Source: Rhodospirillales bacterium (lineage in GTDB: Bacteria > Pseudomonadota > Alphaproteobacteria > Bin95). Taken from it: DNA of 64,000 nt. The stretch spans positions 2,080,894 through 2,144,893 of the forward strand of contig JAYQLI010000035.1 in the NCBI GenBank assembly GCA_038143065.1, in the 5' to 3' direction. The notes beneath the pieces were generated by a model. That model made no database searches. It was not told the DNA's origin and saw only the letters and a program-made list of their open reading frames with translations. Of this stretch, positions 44,617 through 56,066 are shown piece by piece. Position numbers and translations under genes: made by a program. Positions within the stretch are counted from its first letter, which is position 1. Every line of letters begins with the position of its first letter.

Positions 44617-46353
44617 ATGGAGGCCTCTATGGAGAGAGAAGCAGCCTTATGGCCTAGAGGTGCGAAAGCGGCTGGAGCCAAGCCGCTCGCAAAGCGCCTA
44701 GATAGTCTTGAAGGCAAAACTGTTGCCTTTCTTTGGGATTATATGTTTCGCGGCGACGAAATTTTTCCACTTATAGAACGTGAACTGTCCTCCAAGTATT
44801 CTGGCATTAAATTCATTGGATACGACCATTTTGGCACCACGCATGGAGGTGGTGAAAGAGAGGTTATTCGCACTCTTCCAGAGCACATAAAAACACTTGA
44901 GATAGACGCAGTCGTCTCAGGTATGGGTTGTTGAGGTAGCTGTACGCCCGCCGTGTTGCGGGCGAGTGCAGCTGCTGAAGCCGCCGGCATTCCAACGGCA
45001 AGCTTAGTTTGCGATGGTTTCCTCGGTCAGGGTCGATCTACAGCAGCCGGTATAGGTATGCCAAATATTCCTCTGGCGCAGGTTACTGGTCATGTCGATG
45101 TCCAGACAACTGATGAGTTAGTCTCAAACATAGTTGGTGTTACCATCCCAGCAGTAATCAAGGCTCTTACCGAAGATCCACCGCCTGTTGCTTCTCCTAC
45201 TGAGCCAAAACCAACAGATGTTGTATTTCAGGGTACGTTCGAGGAAGTGAACCAGTATTTCTACGAGAATGGCTGGACTGATGGGCTTCCCATAGTGCCG
45301 CCTACGCTAGAGCGGGTCCAAGCATTTTTGAAGTTTACTGATCTTCCTCAAGATACGGTGCTCGGCCAGGCACAGCCCGACAATAGAATTGCGACCGTTT
45401 GGAATGCAGCAGTAAACGGCGTTATGGCGGGATGTAAGCCAGAATATATGCCGGTGATGGTAGCCGCCATTCAGGCAATGTGTGATGAGGAATATGGGGT
45501 TGAGCACTCTGGAAATACACCAGGGGCGGAAACTTTGCTGATTCTTAATGGCCCTATAGCCCAAGAACTTGGATTCAATGCAGAGCAGGGCGTACTTCGC
45601 GATGGCATTATGGCCAACACAGCTCTTGGGCGTTGGTGGAGGCTTTGCCTGAAAAACATTGCTGGTTTTCGCCATCAACAAACCGACAAAGCAACCTTTG
45701 GGGGAACCTGGAAGGTTGCTATGGCGGAAAATGAGGACGTTTTGCAAGAAATTGGCTGGCCACCAATGGCCGCAGAGTTTGGATTTAAACTTGGCGAAAA
45801 TGCTATCTCTATCGCTCGATTTACTGGTGGAGATGTTGTTACTAGTGTTTTTGGGGATAAGGCGGAATCTATTCTCCCCTATTTGGCAGATGCGCTTGCA
45901 CGTATATCGGCATGGCAACTTGTTTTCACTGTTGGCATGTCGACGGGGACTTATCGTCCTCTGCTAATCATTTCTCCAATTTTGGCACGAACTATCGCTA
46001 AGTCTGGGTGGTCTAAAGATCAGGTGAAAGACTATCTGTTTGAGAACGCTCGAATTCCAGCTCATAAGTTCGAAAAATACATGGGTGAATATACTAACCT
46101 AATTCCAGGACGCCAAACTCTCTATGACATGGCGCAGAAGGGAGAGGCACCACCAGTTTTTGGCGTGTCAGATGATCCAGAAAGATTGGTACCTATCGTT
46201 TTTGAGGCTAAAGATTTTCTGATTGCAGTTTCAGGAGATCCGGGACGAACAAATGCCTATGTAATGAGCCATAATGGGCAGCTTGGTTATACTGTTGGGG
46301 CTGGTATTAAGACCCCACAGAATTGGCCAGCTTTGCTCGACGATCTGGACTAA
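44617..46353 (+). CDS. UGSC-family selenoprotein fused to a large C-terminal domain, Sec encoded by UGA at 44932-44934; 578 aa
   Basis: ORFs 44617..44934 and 44953..46353 are in frame across one TGA: DAVVSGMGC-U-GSCTPAVLRASAAAEAAGIPT. The C-terminal domain begins GWTDGLPIVPPT...NGVMAGCKPEY. A strong hairpin lies immediately 3' of the UGA. Confidence 0.88.
44938..44973 (+). promoter_or_regulatory. Putative bacterial SECIS element of the UGSC gene
   Basis: AGCUGUA-CGCCCGC-[CGUGUU]-GCGGGCG-(AG)-UGCAGCU: perfect 7-bp GC upper stem, 2-nt bulge, 7-bp lower stem with one G-U pair; the loop starts 18 nt after the UGA. Confidence 0.8.
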
Positions 46354-47557
46354 GTATTTGAACTTTGTGTTGTTGCTGGTGATGCTATCAATACAAGGGC
46401 CATAAAAAGTGCTGGGATAGCTATAAGTGCATAGCCAGCTATATAGCTTCCGCTGGCTAGACCCAGTCCGAATAGCATCGGGTAAAATACTTGACCTGCT
46501 GAGCCAAAAGCGAGCACCCCACCCGTCATGCGTCCTGCTTCTCCAGGCTGTGCTAGGCGAGCGGCTTCAGATAACAGAACACCATGCCAAGAAAGAACCG
46601 ATAGGCTTATAAGACCCATCACGCCAAAAATCTGCCAATCTTCCCATCCAGTTCCGAAGAACCCCATGGTTATGGTTGAGATTGCCATCATCGCTGCTAA
46701 ACAGGCTAGCAGCATTTTTGGTTTTATAAGGGTGCTACCAACCCAACCCCAAAGTATTCGGGCTGGAACGGCTATTAGTGCTGCAGCGCCAAAAAGAGGA
46801 CCAGCCTCCTCAACAGTATAGCCCAGGGCCTCGTGTAAGTAGGTTACGCTAAAGCCCATGAAAATTGACTGCATTCCCACAAAGCAAAAAGCTGCCATGG
46901 CTAGTGAACGCATTTCAGGGGCATTTAGCACTTGTCGAATGGTTAAAGGGAAGTCTGAAAATTTTGGACGCGCTATTGGGTCTCGGTCTGCGTCAAATTC
47001 ATCGCGCAGGGGCTGTAATGCTACCGCGATTAAAATGCAAACACATGCAAGCCCGAGAAGAGCTGGCCTCCAGCCCAATGAAGCTGCAATTGGAGCCAGC
47101 ACCATACCAGAGATGGCTAGCCCTGCGGGCACGCCGGTTTGCTTAATTGAAAAAACTAGTGGTGCCCATTTGGGGGTGCATATTTGGCAAGTATCTGTGA
47201 GCTTGCGGGAGTTGCAACGGTTGAGCCTGCACTGTTCAAGAAAATACCTAATATCAGTGGAGGAAGCGCTAACCAGGGCTGCGCTAGCAAAGCCGCAGCT
47301 GCAAGACCAATTGCCATAGCTAAACAGCCAATTTGGCTTGTGCGGAGCGCACCCCAGCGACGCAAAGCTCCACCGCACCCTGCCATCACCAGGATAGCAA
47401 CAGCTGCGTAGCTCCAAGTGTAGCCGAGGACTACCTTGGGATCGATTCCTAAGTCAGCGGCCACAGTTGGAAACATTGCGGGCATCCCAAGCTTCGCAGT
47501 AGTCGCTATAGTCTGCTGGATTAGCATAGCTACGATGGCAATAATTAAAATTGGCAT
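46350..47557 (-). CDS. MFS transporter; apparent frameshift at about 47170-47178 (C run)
   Basis: N-terminal ORF 47156..47557 joins the frame of 46350..47417 at APPKWAP; motifs TPASSQIL and FSIKQTGVPAG; many TM segments. Confidence 0.85.
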
Positions 47558-47607
47558 AGGCCAGAAAGCTCAGGTTGAATTAGGTTAGTGTCAACGGAGA
47601 CTGTGAG

Positions 47608-48762
47608 ATGTCAGATTACAAGACTTTTGGGTTCACGCCAGAACAGGTAATGATCCGCGACAATGTGCTAGGGCTACTTCAGGATGTCCTCCCACAGCAA
47701 AAAATCACAGAGCTTGATCTCAACAAAACTGAACCTCAAGAGGCTTATGAGGCGCTAGCTGACGGAGGATGGCTGGCTCTACCTTTTGGCGAAGAATGGG
47801 GCGGGGCTGCTGCTACAAATAAAGACATGGCGATATTCATCGAAGCGATAGGCTACTGGCATTATGGAATTCGATCCGCTTACATGACTACAGTGATTTA
47901 TGGCGGAGGACATTTGCAACATCATGCTTCGCCCGAATTACGAGCTGAAATGTTGCCTAAATTGATAGAAGGCAAACTGCGCATGGCTATTGCCTATTCG
48001 GAGCCAGAAAGTGGGTCTGACGCTGCTGGCATCCGAACCCGAGCTACTAAAGTTGGCGATGGGTATAAAATTAATGGCCAGAAGATTTATACTACTAATG
48101 CCCATGTTGCCGACTATCTGGTGGTTTCAGTCAAAACAGATATTGAAGCAGGACGGAGAGGCCTATCTTTAATTATTGTAGATACCAAGGCTGAGGGCGT
48201 TAATATTCGCCCGATGGATTCACTTGGGACACGAACCTCGCGCCCCAATGAGGTTTTTTTCGACGATGTTTATGTGCCCAAAGAACATCTTTTAGGAGAA
48301 GAGGGCTCGGGCTGGCCTATGCTCATGCGGGGACTTAACCAGGAACGATTGTTGTTGGCTGCAAATGGTGGGGGTGCTTCTCTTCGTTGTATCGATGTTT
48401 CTCGGGCTTTTGCGAGGGAACGTTCCGCATTTGGTAGCAAAATAGCCAACTATCAGGCCATTAGTCACAAATTTGCTGATATGCATGCTTTAACGGAGGC
48501 TGCACGACTGGTTACATTCCATGCCGCCGAGATGCTCGATGCGGGGGAAAATGCTGTTTCTGAAACCACAACGGCCAAGATAGTGGCAACTGACAATAAC
48601 TATCGTGTTGCCGATCTTGCTATGCAGGTAATGGGGGGCGCGGGTTATGTAGATGGTGAGATGCAGCGTCTCTTTAGAGAAGCCCGCCTTGGCCCAATTG
48701 GTGGCGGATCGAATGAAATTCTTCGAAATGTGCTTGCAGCAAGAATGGATTTGCGAAGTTAA
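47608..48762 (+). CDS. Acyl-CoA dehydrogenase family protein
   Basis: YSEPESGSDA, INGQKIYTTNA, FGSKIANYQAISH and IGGGSNEI motifs. Confidence 0.92.
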   Translation: MSDYKTFGFTPEQVMIRDNVLGLLQDVLPQQKITELDLNKTEPQEAYEALADGGWLALPFGEEWGGAAATNKDMAIFIEAIGYWHYGIRSAYMTTVIYGGGHLQHHASPELRAEMLPKLIEGKLRMAIAYSEPESGSDAAGIRTRATKVGDGYKINGQKIYTTNAHVADYLVVSVKTDIEAGRRGLSLIIVDTKAEGVNIRPMDSLGTRTSRPNEVFFDDVYVPKEHLLGEEGSGWPMLMRGLNQERLLLAANGGGASLRCIDVSRAFARERSAFGSKIANYQAISHKFADMHALTEAARLVTFHAAEMLDAGENAVSETTTAKIVATDNNYRVADLAMQVMGGAGYVDGEMQRLFREARLGPIGGGSNEILRNVLAARMDLRS

Positions 48763-50240
48763 TCCAAATAACGGCGCTTGATATGTGTTTCAAATGCATC
48801 TGTTGAAAGAGGTCTACCGGTCACTGCTGCGATTAGGTCATTGCTCGATGCGTGCAGGCAGCCTTGGCTATGGATTTCCCTTGCCATAAAATCTTGGAGG
48901 CTACTGTAGTCACCATTTCCAAGTTCAATTGCTAGCTTTTCCTTCCCTATTTTCTTTTCTGCTGTTTGGAAGAGCTGTGCGGCAGTAAGAGCGCCAAGAG
49001 TATATGTTGGAAAATAGCCAACTGCTCCGTCGAACCAATGTATGTCCTGTAAACAACCCTCTACGTCGTCCGGTCCTGGAAGACCTAGATGAGTTTCTAG
49101 ATGGTCATTCCAGGCGGTTTTGAGATCCTTAGGTTGAAGGTCACCTGATACCAGACCTTGCTCTAACTCAAAACGGAGGATTATGTGGATTGGGTATGTC
49201 ACTTCGTCTGCTTCAACCCTGACATAGCTTGGTTGAACAGACTGCAAGGCACGCCGAACGGAATCTGCAGATGTTCTGCACCCAGCCTCATTCAGAATAC
49301 CTGCGAGGAAACTGCTCATTTCCAGGGAGCGCCCTGCTTGCATTTCGAAAGTCAGTGATTGGCTCTCGTGCATTGTCATCCCCGCGGCAGCACCCACAGG
49401 CTGGTTCCGCCAGACTTTTGGTTGGCCTCGGGTATAGGCGGCATGACCAGCTTCATGAAGGACTGCCATTAAGCCAGAGAGAGCATCATCCTTATCCCAA
49501 CGTGCAGTAATTCGGGCATCTTCAATGGTGCCTGTTGAGAAAGGATGGAGGCTCTCATCCATTCGACCATGTTCAAAGTCAAAACCTATAGTTTTAAGCA
49601 ATCGCATGCCCATATCTCGCTGATCTGTAACATCAGCTTTAATGGCTGGTTCTGATGGCCATTTTGCCTGTTTTTCAATGATCTCTGGAATTGTTTCAGC
49701 TAGGAACTGACTTAGACGATCAAAAATGGCCTCAATCTGATTTGCCTTGCGGCCGGGGTCATATTGATCGAGTAGAGCATCATAAGGCGAGAGAGCCTTT
49801 GCATTCCCTAAGGCCGCGGCTTCTTCTCGTACAAGATTAACTAGTGAGTCAAATGCTGGTAGCACCACATTAAAATCATTCTCATTGCGCGCTAGCCGCC
49901 AAGCAGTTTCGGACTTTGCCTTAGCGCGAGCAAGGGCAGTTACTAGATCTGGAGATACTGCTGTTGCAGCCGTATGCATCCGCTGCATTTCCCGGAAATT
50001 TGCTTGATACCAAACATCATCTTTCACTGTAGCCGTTGCCAGGAGGTCCCCTATCTCTGGGTTGGATATGATTGCATGCGACGCTTCAGCAAGCACAGCC
50101 AATTGTTCGCTGCGATCCAGGATTCCTCCTTTTGGCATAGTTACGCTTTGATCCCAATGGAGCCAGCTGGCAGCCTCGTCAATGCGAATTGCGCGAGCAA
50201 AACGTTTTTCCAGTTCCTGCAGTGCAGTCAAGATAGCCAA
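48759..50240 (-). CDS. Carboxypeptidase M32 (Taq-like)
   Basis: HPF, HEAGH, HESQS, RVEADE, GCLQDIHW and GYFPTYTLG motifs. Confidence 0.95.
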   Translation of the reverse strand: MAILTALQELEKRFARAIRIDEAASWLHWDQSVTMPKGGILDRSEQLAVLAEASHAIISNPEIGDLLATATVKDDVWYQANFREMQRMHTAATAVSPDLVTALARAKAKSETAWRLARNENDFNVVLPAFDSLVNLVREEAAALGNAKALSPYDALLDQYDPGRKANQIEAIFDRLSQFLAETIPEIIEKQAKWPSEPAIKADVTDQRDMGMRLLKTIGFDFEHGRMDESLHPFSTGTIEDARITARWDKDDALSGLMAVLHEAGHAAYTRGQPKVWRNQPVGAAAGMTMHESQSLTFEMQAGRSLEMSSFLAGILNEAGCRTSADSVRRALQSVQPSYVRVEADEVTYPIHIILRFELEQGLVSGDLQPKDLKTAWNDHLETHLGLPGPDDVEGCLQDIHWFDGAVGYFPTYTLGALTAAQLFQTAEKKIGKEKLAIELGNGDYSSLQDFMAREIHSQGCLHASSNDLIAAVTGRPLSTDAFETHIKRRYLD

Positions 50241-50255
50241 GTTCTCCGATTATTT

Positions 50256-51572
50256 TTAATTTAGCCGGACTTGCGGGGGTGTAACTCGGATTTGAGCAAT
50301 CTGGTTACGTGCACGGCGTAGTATACGGAAACGGTACCGGTGGAATTCGAAGGTTTGCCCTACTTCAGGGAGCGTTCGCGCTTCATGCATAATTAGGCCG
50401 GCCAGTGTTGTCGCATCATCGTCTGGCAAGTTCCAGTCAAACTCACGATTTAAATCCCTAATGTGAGTAGCTCCTGGCACCATATAACTTCCATCAGGCT
50501 GTCGCCGAACTCCTGCAAGTGGAAGGTCATGCTCATCGGCAATATCACCAACAATCTCTTCGAGTATGTCTTCAAGGGTAGCCACTCCCATGAATGCTCC
50601 ATACTCGTCAACAACAAGAGCAAAATGCTCTCTCCTTCGACGGAACTCCTGAAGTTGGTCCAACAAAGTAGTAGATTCAGGAACGAACCAAGGGGGAGAG
50701 GCTACTTTGTTGATATCAATTCTGGCTGGATCACCGCCCGCAGCTTGGACTGCACGCAGCAGCGCTTTAGCATGAAGAACCCCAACGATATTTTCAGCGG
50801 ATTCCTGCCAAATAGGAATTCTAGTATATGGGCTAGAAAGGACTTCGGTTACAATTTCTTCTGAAGGCCGACTGCCATCTACCATCACGACTTTGCTTCG
50901 GTGCGTCATCGCCTCACCTACTTCCAACTCTGCCAGCTCTAAGATGCTGTGTAGCATCTGACGTTCAGACTGACTTTCTTCATCACCGTGATGCATATCA
51001 ATGGCGCCGCGAAGTGCTTCCTGTCTTTCCTCTACTGCCTCGATGGCGCGATTATCAATATTTTTACTTTCACCAAAAATACGAAGAACGCAGTTAACTA
51101 TCCACTGGATCGATCGCGAAATTGGTGCCAGGAAGCCCACGATGAATCGGACTACTGGTGCTACTGCGAGAGCGGCTCGGTCTGAGTGATTTATAGCGAA
51201 AGTTTTTGGTGCAACCTCAGAAAAAATTAAAACAAGCAGTGTCATCCCTAGAGTCGCATAGGCCACACCAGCTTCTCCAAAGAGTTTTATTAATGCATTT
51301 GTTGCAATGGATGCGGCTAAAATGTTGACGAGATTGTTACCAAGCAGGAGGGCACCTAACAAATCTTCCTTGCGGTCACCTAGCCTGCGAACCATCCGCG
51401 CGCGTTTGTCTCCCTTACGAGCAAGATGATGCATCCGGGGTCTGTTAACAGCAGTGAGTGCTGTTTCAGAACCTGAGAAGAATGCTGACAATAACAAAAG
51501 AAATAGAATTGTAAGGATTGAAAGCCAAAATTCCCAATCCCAATCGATTAGGAAATTTGTTTGCTCGATCAT
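50256..51572 (-). CDS. HlyC/CorC (CNNM) family transporter with CBS domains
   Basis: [19 protein letters not shown] and VVDEYG...[11 protein letters not shown] motifs. Confidence 0.93.
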   Translation of the reverse strand: MIEQTNFLIDWDWEFWLSILTILFLLLLSAFFSGSETALTAVNRPRMHHLARKGDKRARMVRRLGDRKEDLLGALLLGNNLVNILAASIATNALIKLFGEAGVAYATLGMTLLVLIFSEVAPKTFAINHSDRAALAVAPVVRFIVGFLAPISRSIQWIVNCVLRIFGESKNIDNRAIEAVEERQEALRGAIDMHHGDEESQSERQMLHSILELAELEVGEAMTHRSKVVMVDGSRPSEEIVTEVLSSPYTRIPIWQESAENIVGVLHAKALLRAVQAAGGDPARIDINKVASPPWFVPESTTLLDQLQEFRRRREHFALVVDEYGAFMGVATLEDILEEIVGDIADEHDLPLAGVRRQPDGSYMVPGATHIRDLNREFDWNLPDDDATTLAGLIMHEARTLPEVGQTFEFHRYRFRILRRARNQIAQIRVTPPQVRLN

Positions 51573-52683
51573 GGGGATAATGCCTCGCTCAGAGTCGCTT
51601 TAATAGCTGCTAGTTCTGAATTAGGACATACAAAGGCTTTTCCAATTCCTCGGACGAGAATGAGTGTTATATTGCTATCGACCGATTTTTTATCAGCTTT
51701 CATTCTTTTTAAAAGCGCCTCTATCGTTGGTACAGATTGGTTTCCGGTTAAATCAGGGCGCACAGGAAGGCCAACAGCTTCTAAGCTTTCAGAAACTCGG
51801 TTTGCCTCTTCTTTACTGATCAACCCTAAGCGAGCGGAATGATGGAACGCCATCGCCATTCCTATTGAAACAGCCTCTCCGTGTAATAGGCTACCATCAT
51901 ACCCCGCTTCTGCCTCGAAGGCGTGACCGAAAGTATGCCCGAGATTTAATAGGGCTCGTTGCCCGGCTTCCCGCTCATCTGCAGCGACAATCTCTGCTTT
52001 GGCATGGCAGCATTCGGATACAGCACTTGCCATTAATTCGAGGTTACCGGAAAGAGCTGCAGCGCCATTTGATTCCAGCCATTCGAAGAAATTAGGCCGA
52101 TTTATTATACCATATTTGATAACTTCAGCATATCCTGCGAGCAAATCGCGTCTGGGTAATGTTTGTAGAACGTCAAGATCCGCTAGAACTAGTTTAGGCT
52201 GATGAAAGGTGCCTACCAGATTTTTGCCAGCGCCCAGATTGATAGCGGTTTTCCTCCAACGGAACTATCTACCTGGGCTAGCAAAGTGGTGGGTATCTGA
52301 ACAAAATCCAGACCGCGTAATAACACTGATGATGCAAATCCTGCCAAATCACCTATGACCCCACCGCCCAACGCTATAATTGTTGTGCGTCGGTCGATAC
52401 CAAGTGAGAGGGCCTGTTCTAACAGGTTAGAAAACGTATTAAAGGATTTACTCGCTTCGCCGGGAGCTATCTTAATTAGCTCAGTACGGAATCCGCAGAC
52501 TTTTAGGCTCGCAGAAAGTCGGGGCCAATGAAGGTCAGCGACGCTTGCGTCGGCTACGACAATAAGTCGATCATGACACCCAACGGCACGTATGTGTTCC
52601 CCTGCTCGATCAAGAAGCCCAGATCCTATAAGGATGTCATAGCTTCGTTCATCCAGATCCACGCAAACAGTTTTGTAGCTCAT
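51569..52683 (-). CDS. aroB: 3-dehydroquinate synthase; apparent frameshift at about 52247-52251 (A run)
   Basis: GGGVIGDLAGF, PTTLLAQVDSSVGGK and LNLGHTFGHA motifs. Adding one A restores GGKTAINLGAGKNLVGTFHQP. Confidence 0.93.
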
Positions 52684-53276
52684 TTGGGCTCCACTGGTGC
52701 GACTACACCAATTTCAATCAGCTTTGCTTCAGCAGTACTTGCTGTGGTGTCGACCGACGAATCATCACTACTAATAACGATATCAGCTTCAGAATACGAT
52801 GAAATTCGAGCATTCAGGAGTTTTTCTAATTCTGCTCTAGGATCTGAGACGTACAGCATTGGCCTGTTTTTTCTGCGTGAGACGCGCTGAAATAGCGTGT
52901 CTAAATCAGTATTGATCCAGATACTCGCGGCTCTCTCTTTGGTTTTTTTTCGTGTGGTTGGGTCTGCAAATGCTCCTCCACCTAACGCGAGGATATGAGG
53001 AGGGTCATCCAGAAGGCGAGATATTACTCGACGTTCACCTTCCCGAAATCCCGCTTCACCTAATGAACGGAATATCTCTGGAATTGTGCATCCCGCGGCA
53101 CGTTCAATTTCTGTATCCGCATCTGCAAATTTAGCTTCCAAGCGCTGCGCAAGTGTTCGCCCAATAGTGCTTTTGCCGGCTCCCATCATTCCCACGAGGA
53201 CGACAGTGCGGTTAAGTCGGCAAGGTTTTTTTATTTTGGCGTCTTTGGAATTCATTTCGTCTCGACAATCCGTCAT
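52680..53276 (-). CDS. aroK: Shikimate kinase
   Basis: GMMGAGKSTIG, GE..FR..E and LGGGA motifs. Confidence 0.95.
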   Translation of the reverse strand: MTDCRDEMNSKDAKIKKPCRLNRTVVLVGMMGAGKSTIGRTLAQRLEAKFADADTEIERAAGCTIPEIFRSLGEAGFREGERRVISRLLDDPPHILALGGGAFADPTTRKKTKERAASIWINTDLDTLFQRVSRRKNRPMLYVSDPRAELEKLLNARISSYSEADIVISSDDSSVDTTASTAEAKLIEIGVVAPVEPK

Positions 53277-53378
53277 GGAATCGCCATGGTTTTCATTTTA
53301 TATTAACACATAGCGTAAGCAGGTCCTTCCAGAGGCTGCTTCGCCGCTTATAACGGCCTCGTGCTTAGGAGAAGATTT

Positions 53379-53522
53379 GTGATCGGCCGAGTTTTGGGGT
53401 TTTTAGTGTTATTGATAATAGTGGTATTGCTTGGTGGCGCTGTCTTCCTTGCTTACTGGGATATTCCAGCTCCGACTTCAACAGTAGAGAAAGTGCTGCC
53501 GAATGAGCGTTTCCCGGACTAG
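53379..53522 (+). CDS. Small single-TM protein (47 aa; not in the ORF track)
   Basis: AGGAG RBS then GTG; manual translation MIGRVLGFLVLLIIVVLLGGAVFLAYWDIPAPTSTVEKVLPNERFPD; overlaps the next CDS. Confidence 0.75.
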   Translation: MIGRVLGFLVLLIIVVLLGGAVFLAYWDIPAPTSTVEKVLPNERFPD

Positions 53523-55110
53523 ATTCATCGTAGCATTAGCATTCGTTTTAACGTGTGGCTCGGCGATTGCCCAGGATGAAGTTAAAACAAGCCAAATCGC
53601 AGAAGGTCTTGACGTTGCTGCCGTAGGAGCCTTTGGCTCTGAAGAGGCAAGAATGCCAAGTAATATATGGTCTGGTTCGGATAGGGCGGTTGTTGCACAG
53701 CTGGTATCCGATTTGCCGGTCCGAATAAGCTCGCCCACGCTTGCAGATGTAACGCGGCGTGTATTGGCAGTGGCAGCGGAGCCGCCTGCTGGTGACCAGT
53801 TAGTTCCTAATTTTGCTTACGTCCGAGCAAACGCTTTACTTCGTATTGGGCATGCCGATCTTGCCGCTCGTATAATTTCTGGTCTCCCAAGAGCAGGTCG
53901 CCAGGAAGAAAGTGATATTACTCTTGTTAAAGCAAATCTTTTAACTCGAGATGTAGCGGGTTCTTGCGAAGTGGCACGCGAGCGGGTAGGCAGAGCCAAG
54001 TCTTCCATATTTGCAAAAGTAAACGCTTTTTGTGATGTTTTATCTGGCGATATAAGTCGCGCACATTTTAGTGCCGCTCTTGTAGCTGAACTTGCACCGG
54101 AAGATAGTGCCTATTTTGAGCTTCTGGGACTGCTCTCCCATGAAGGCGCAAAACCAGGTCCTGCAATTGGAAATTTAATTAATCCTTCTCCTTTACACAG
54201 AGCTATGCTGGCCACAGCAGGTTTATCGTCCGAAATCTTGCCTGCAGGCGGCCTCCCTGACCCGTTTTCTGAAGATGCAGTTGCAGTTGAGATGCTTTTG
54301 GCGACGGATCCAATAGCAAGCCCGACTTTACGACAAGAAGCTGGCCAGTACTCAATTCTGGCGAATGCTTTAAAGATTGAGGATGCTCGCCAACTTGTTA
54401 TGGTTGCTGGCACACCCAATGCACCTTTTGGGCTTGCTGAAGTTGTTAGGATATCTAGTGGTCCTGAACGCGCAATTGCGATGGGTCAGTTTTTGGATAT
54501 AGCAAGAAATTCGGCAGCAGCGGCAACGATGGCAAAACTTGCCTTGCCAATACTGACTAATCTTCCAATGACCGATATCAGTCCTGAAATAGGCGGAAAA
54601 GTTGCTCGCGGTCTCGTCTTAGCCGCGGCACCAGATATGGCAAAAGGTTGGTTGGATCAGCTGGAGGCAGATTCTGCAAGTGAAGAATTGGTCAAGTTTT
54701 CGCAGGTCTTCGCGATCGCTGCTGGCAGAGATTTAAAACCTTTTACTGGGGAAGAGGCTCTCGTCTGGGTGAAAGCAATGGACCCTGCGTCTATAGCTGA
54801 AAAAGCCTCTCTGCTTGGGCTATTGCGTCGATCAGTTGGCTTAACCACATCACCAGTACTTGAGGCTATTGGATTAGTAACAGACATAAAATCAACCATC
54901 CCACCTTCTGATTTAATGCCCTTAGAGGTGGCAGGGGCCGAGAAGCTTGTTGGGGAAACCATTTTGCGCGCGGTAAAATTTGTTAGCAGCGGAACTCAGT
55001 CAGACCAGCCTTTGCGTCTGGCGGCTGCTTCAAAAGCTCTGTTTGAGGTTGGGCTTATAGAAGAAGCTCGTTTGATAGCAGCGGAAGCTGCTGTTATGGG
55101 TGGCTTGTGA
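53503..55110 (+). CDS. Conserved hypothetical exported alpha-helical protein upstream of xerD
   Basis: Signal peptide; IWSGS, a Cys pair, and C-terminal VGETIL...L..VGL.EEAR..A.EA. Confidence 0.75.
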   Translation: MSVSRTRFIVALAFVLTCGSAIAQDEVKTSQIAEGLDVAAVGAFGSEEARMPSNIWSGSDRAVVAQLVSDLPVRISSPTLADVTRRVLAVAAEPPAGDQLVPNFAYVRANALLRIGHADLAARIISGLPRAGRQEESDITLVKANLLTRDVAGSCEVARERVGRAKSSIFAKVNAFCDVLSGDISRAHFSAALVAELAPEDSAYFELLGLLSHEGAKPGPAIGNLINPSPLHRAMLATAGLSSEILPAGGLPDPFSEDAVAVEMLLATDPIASPTLRQEAGQYSILANALKIEDARQLVMVAGTPNAPFGLAEVVRISSGPERAIAMGQFLDIARNSAAAATMAKLALPILTNLPMTDISPEIGGKVARGLVLAAAPDMAKGWLDQLEADSASEELVKFSQVFAIAAGRDLKPFTGEEALVWVKAMDPASIAEKASLLGLLRRSVGLTTSPVLEAIGLVTDIKSTIPPSDLMPLEVAGAEKLVGETILRAVKFVSSGTQSDQPLRLAAASKALFEVGLIEEARLIAAEAAVMGGL

Positions 55111-56005
55111 GTGTTACCCGGCCATCTTGAACAGTTTTTTGAGATGCTTCTTGCAGAGCGGGGAGCAGCCAAAAACACAATAGAGGCCTACCGCCGCGAC
55201 TTAGTTGCCGTTACTGAATATCTCCAACCACAAGCTTTAGATACTATCACCTCTGTTGGACTTACAGATTACTTAAGTTCGATTGCTGAGGGGGAATGAG
55301 TCCGCGTACCAGTTCTCGGCGGTTATCAGCTTTGCGTCAGTATTTTGGGTTTCTCGTTCAAGAAGGTATCCGGACCGACAACCCAACCATTAAAATTGAC
55401 AGGCCAAAGCTTGGGCGACCTTTGCCAAAATACCTAACAGAATTTGAAGTGGGTGCCTTGCTGACAGCTGCACGCTCACAGCGCGGACGAAATGGAAGAC
55501 GATTAACTTTAATTGTGGAGCTGCTTTACGCAACTGGGCTGAGGATATCTGAGCTCGTGACATTGCCAGCTAGTGCGGCAAAGGCACAGGATGCGTTGAT
55601 AATTTATGGTAAAGGGGAAAAGAGCGCCTAGTGCCGCTTGGAAGCCAGGCAATCTCAGCAATGCAATATTATGAAAAAGACAGAAACTCGTTTTCTATGG
55701 GCCAAGGTGACAGCCCGTGGTTATTTCCATCGCGAGGAAAGGGTGGTCATATATCAAGAAGACGAGTTGGGCAGATGCTTGATGAGTTAGCGGTTGAGGC
55801 TGGTATCGAGGTGCAAAAAGTGTCGCCTCATGTCCTTCGTCACGCTTTTGCAACTCATCTACTGCATAATGGGGCAGATTTGCGAACGGTGCAGGAGCTT
55901 CTAGGACATGAAGACCTCTCAACCACAGAAATATACACTCATATTCTAGACGAAAGAATGAAAAGCCTTGTTCTGCAAAAGCATCCCTTAGCCACTGAGG
56001 AATAG
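55111..56005 (+). CDS. xerD: Tyrosine recombinase XerD; two apparent frameshifts (about 55290 and 55615, G runs)
   Basis: [53 protein letters not shown] and TT.IYTH motifs. Confidence 0.9.
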
Positions 56006-56066
56006 AGCAGGATTTCTAATCTCCACCGTTACGGCCAAGATAATCACCATTTTCGAGATGTAGAAA

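Noticed and set aside
55111-56005. Tyrosine recombinase as a phage or island integrase
   Set aside because: Sequence and aroK-linked context match chromosomal XerD; no att sites, tRNA or cargo genes were seen.
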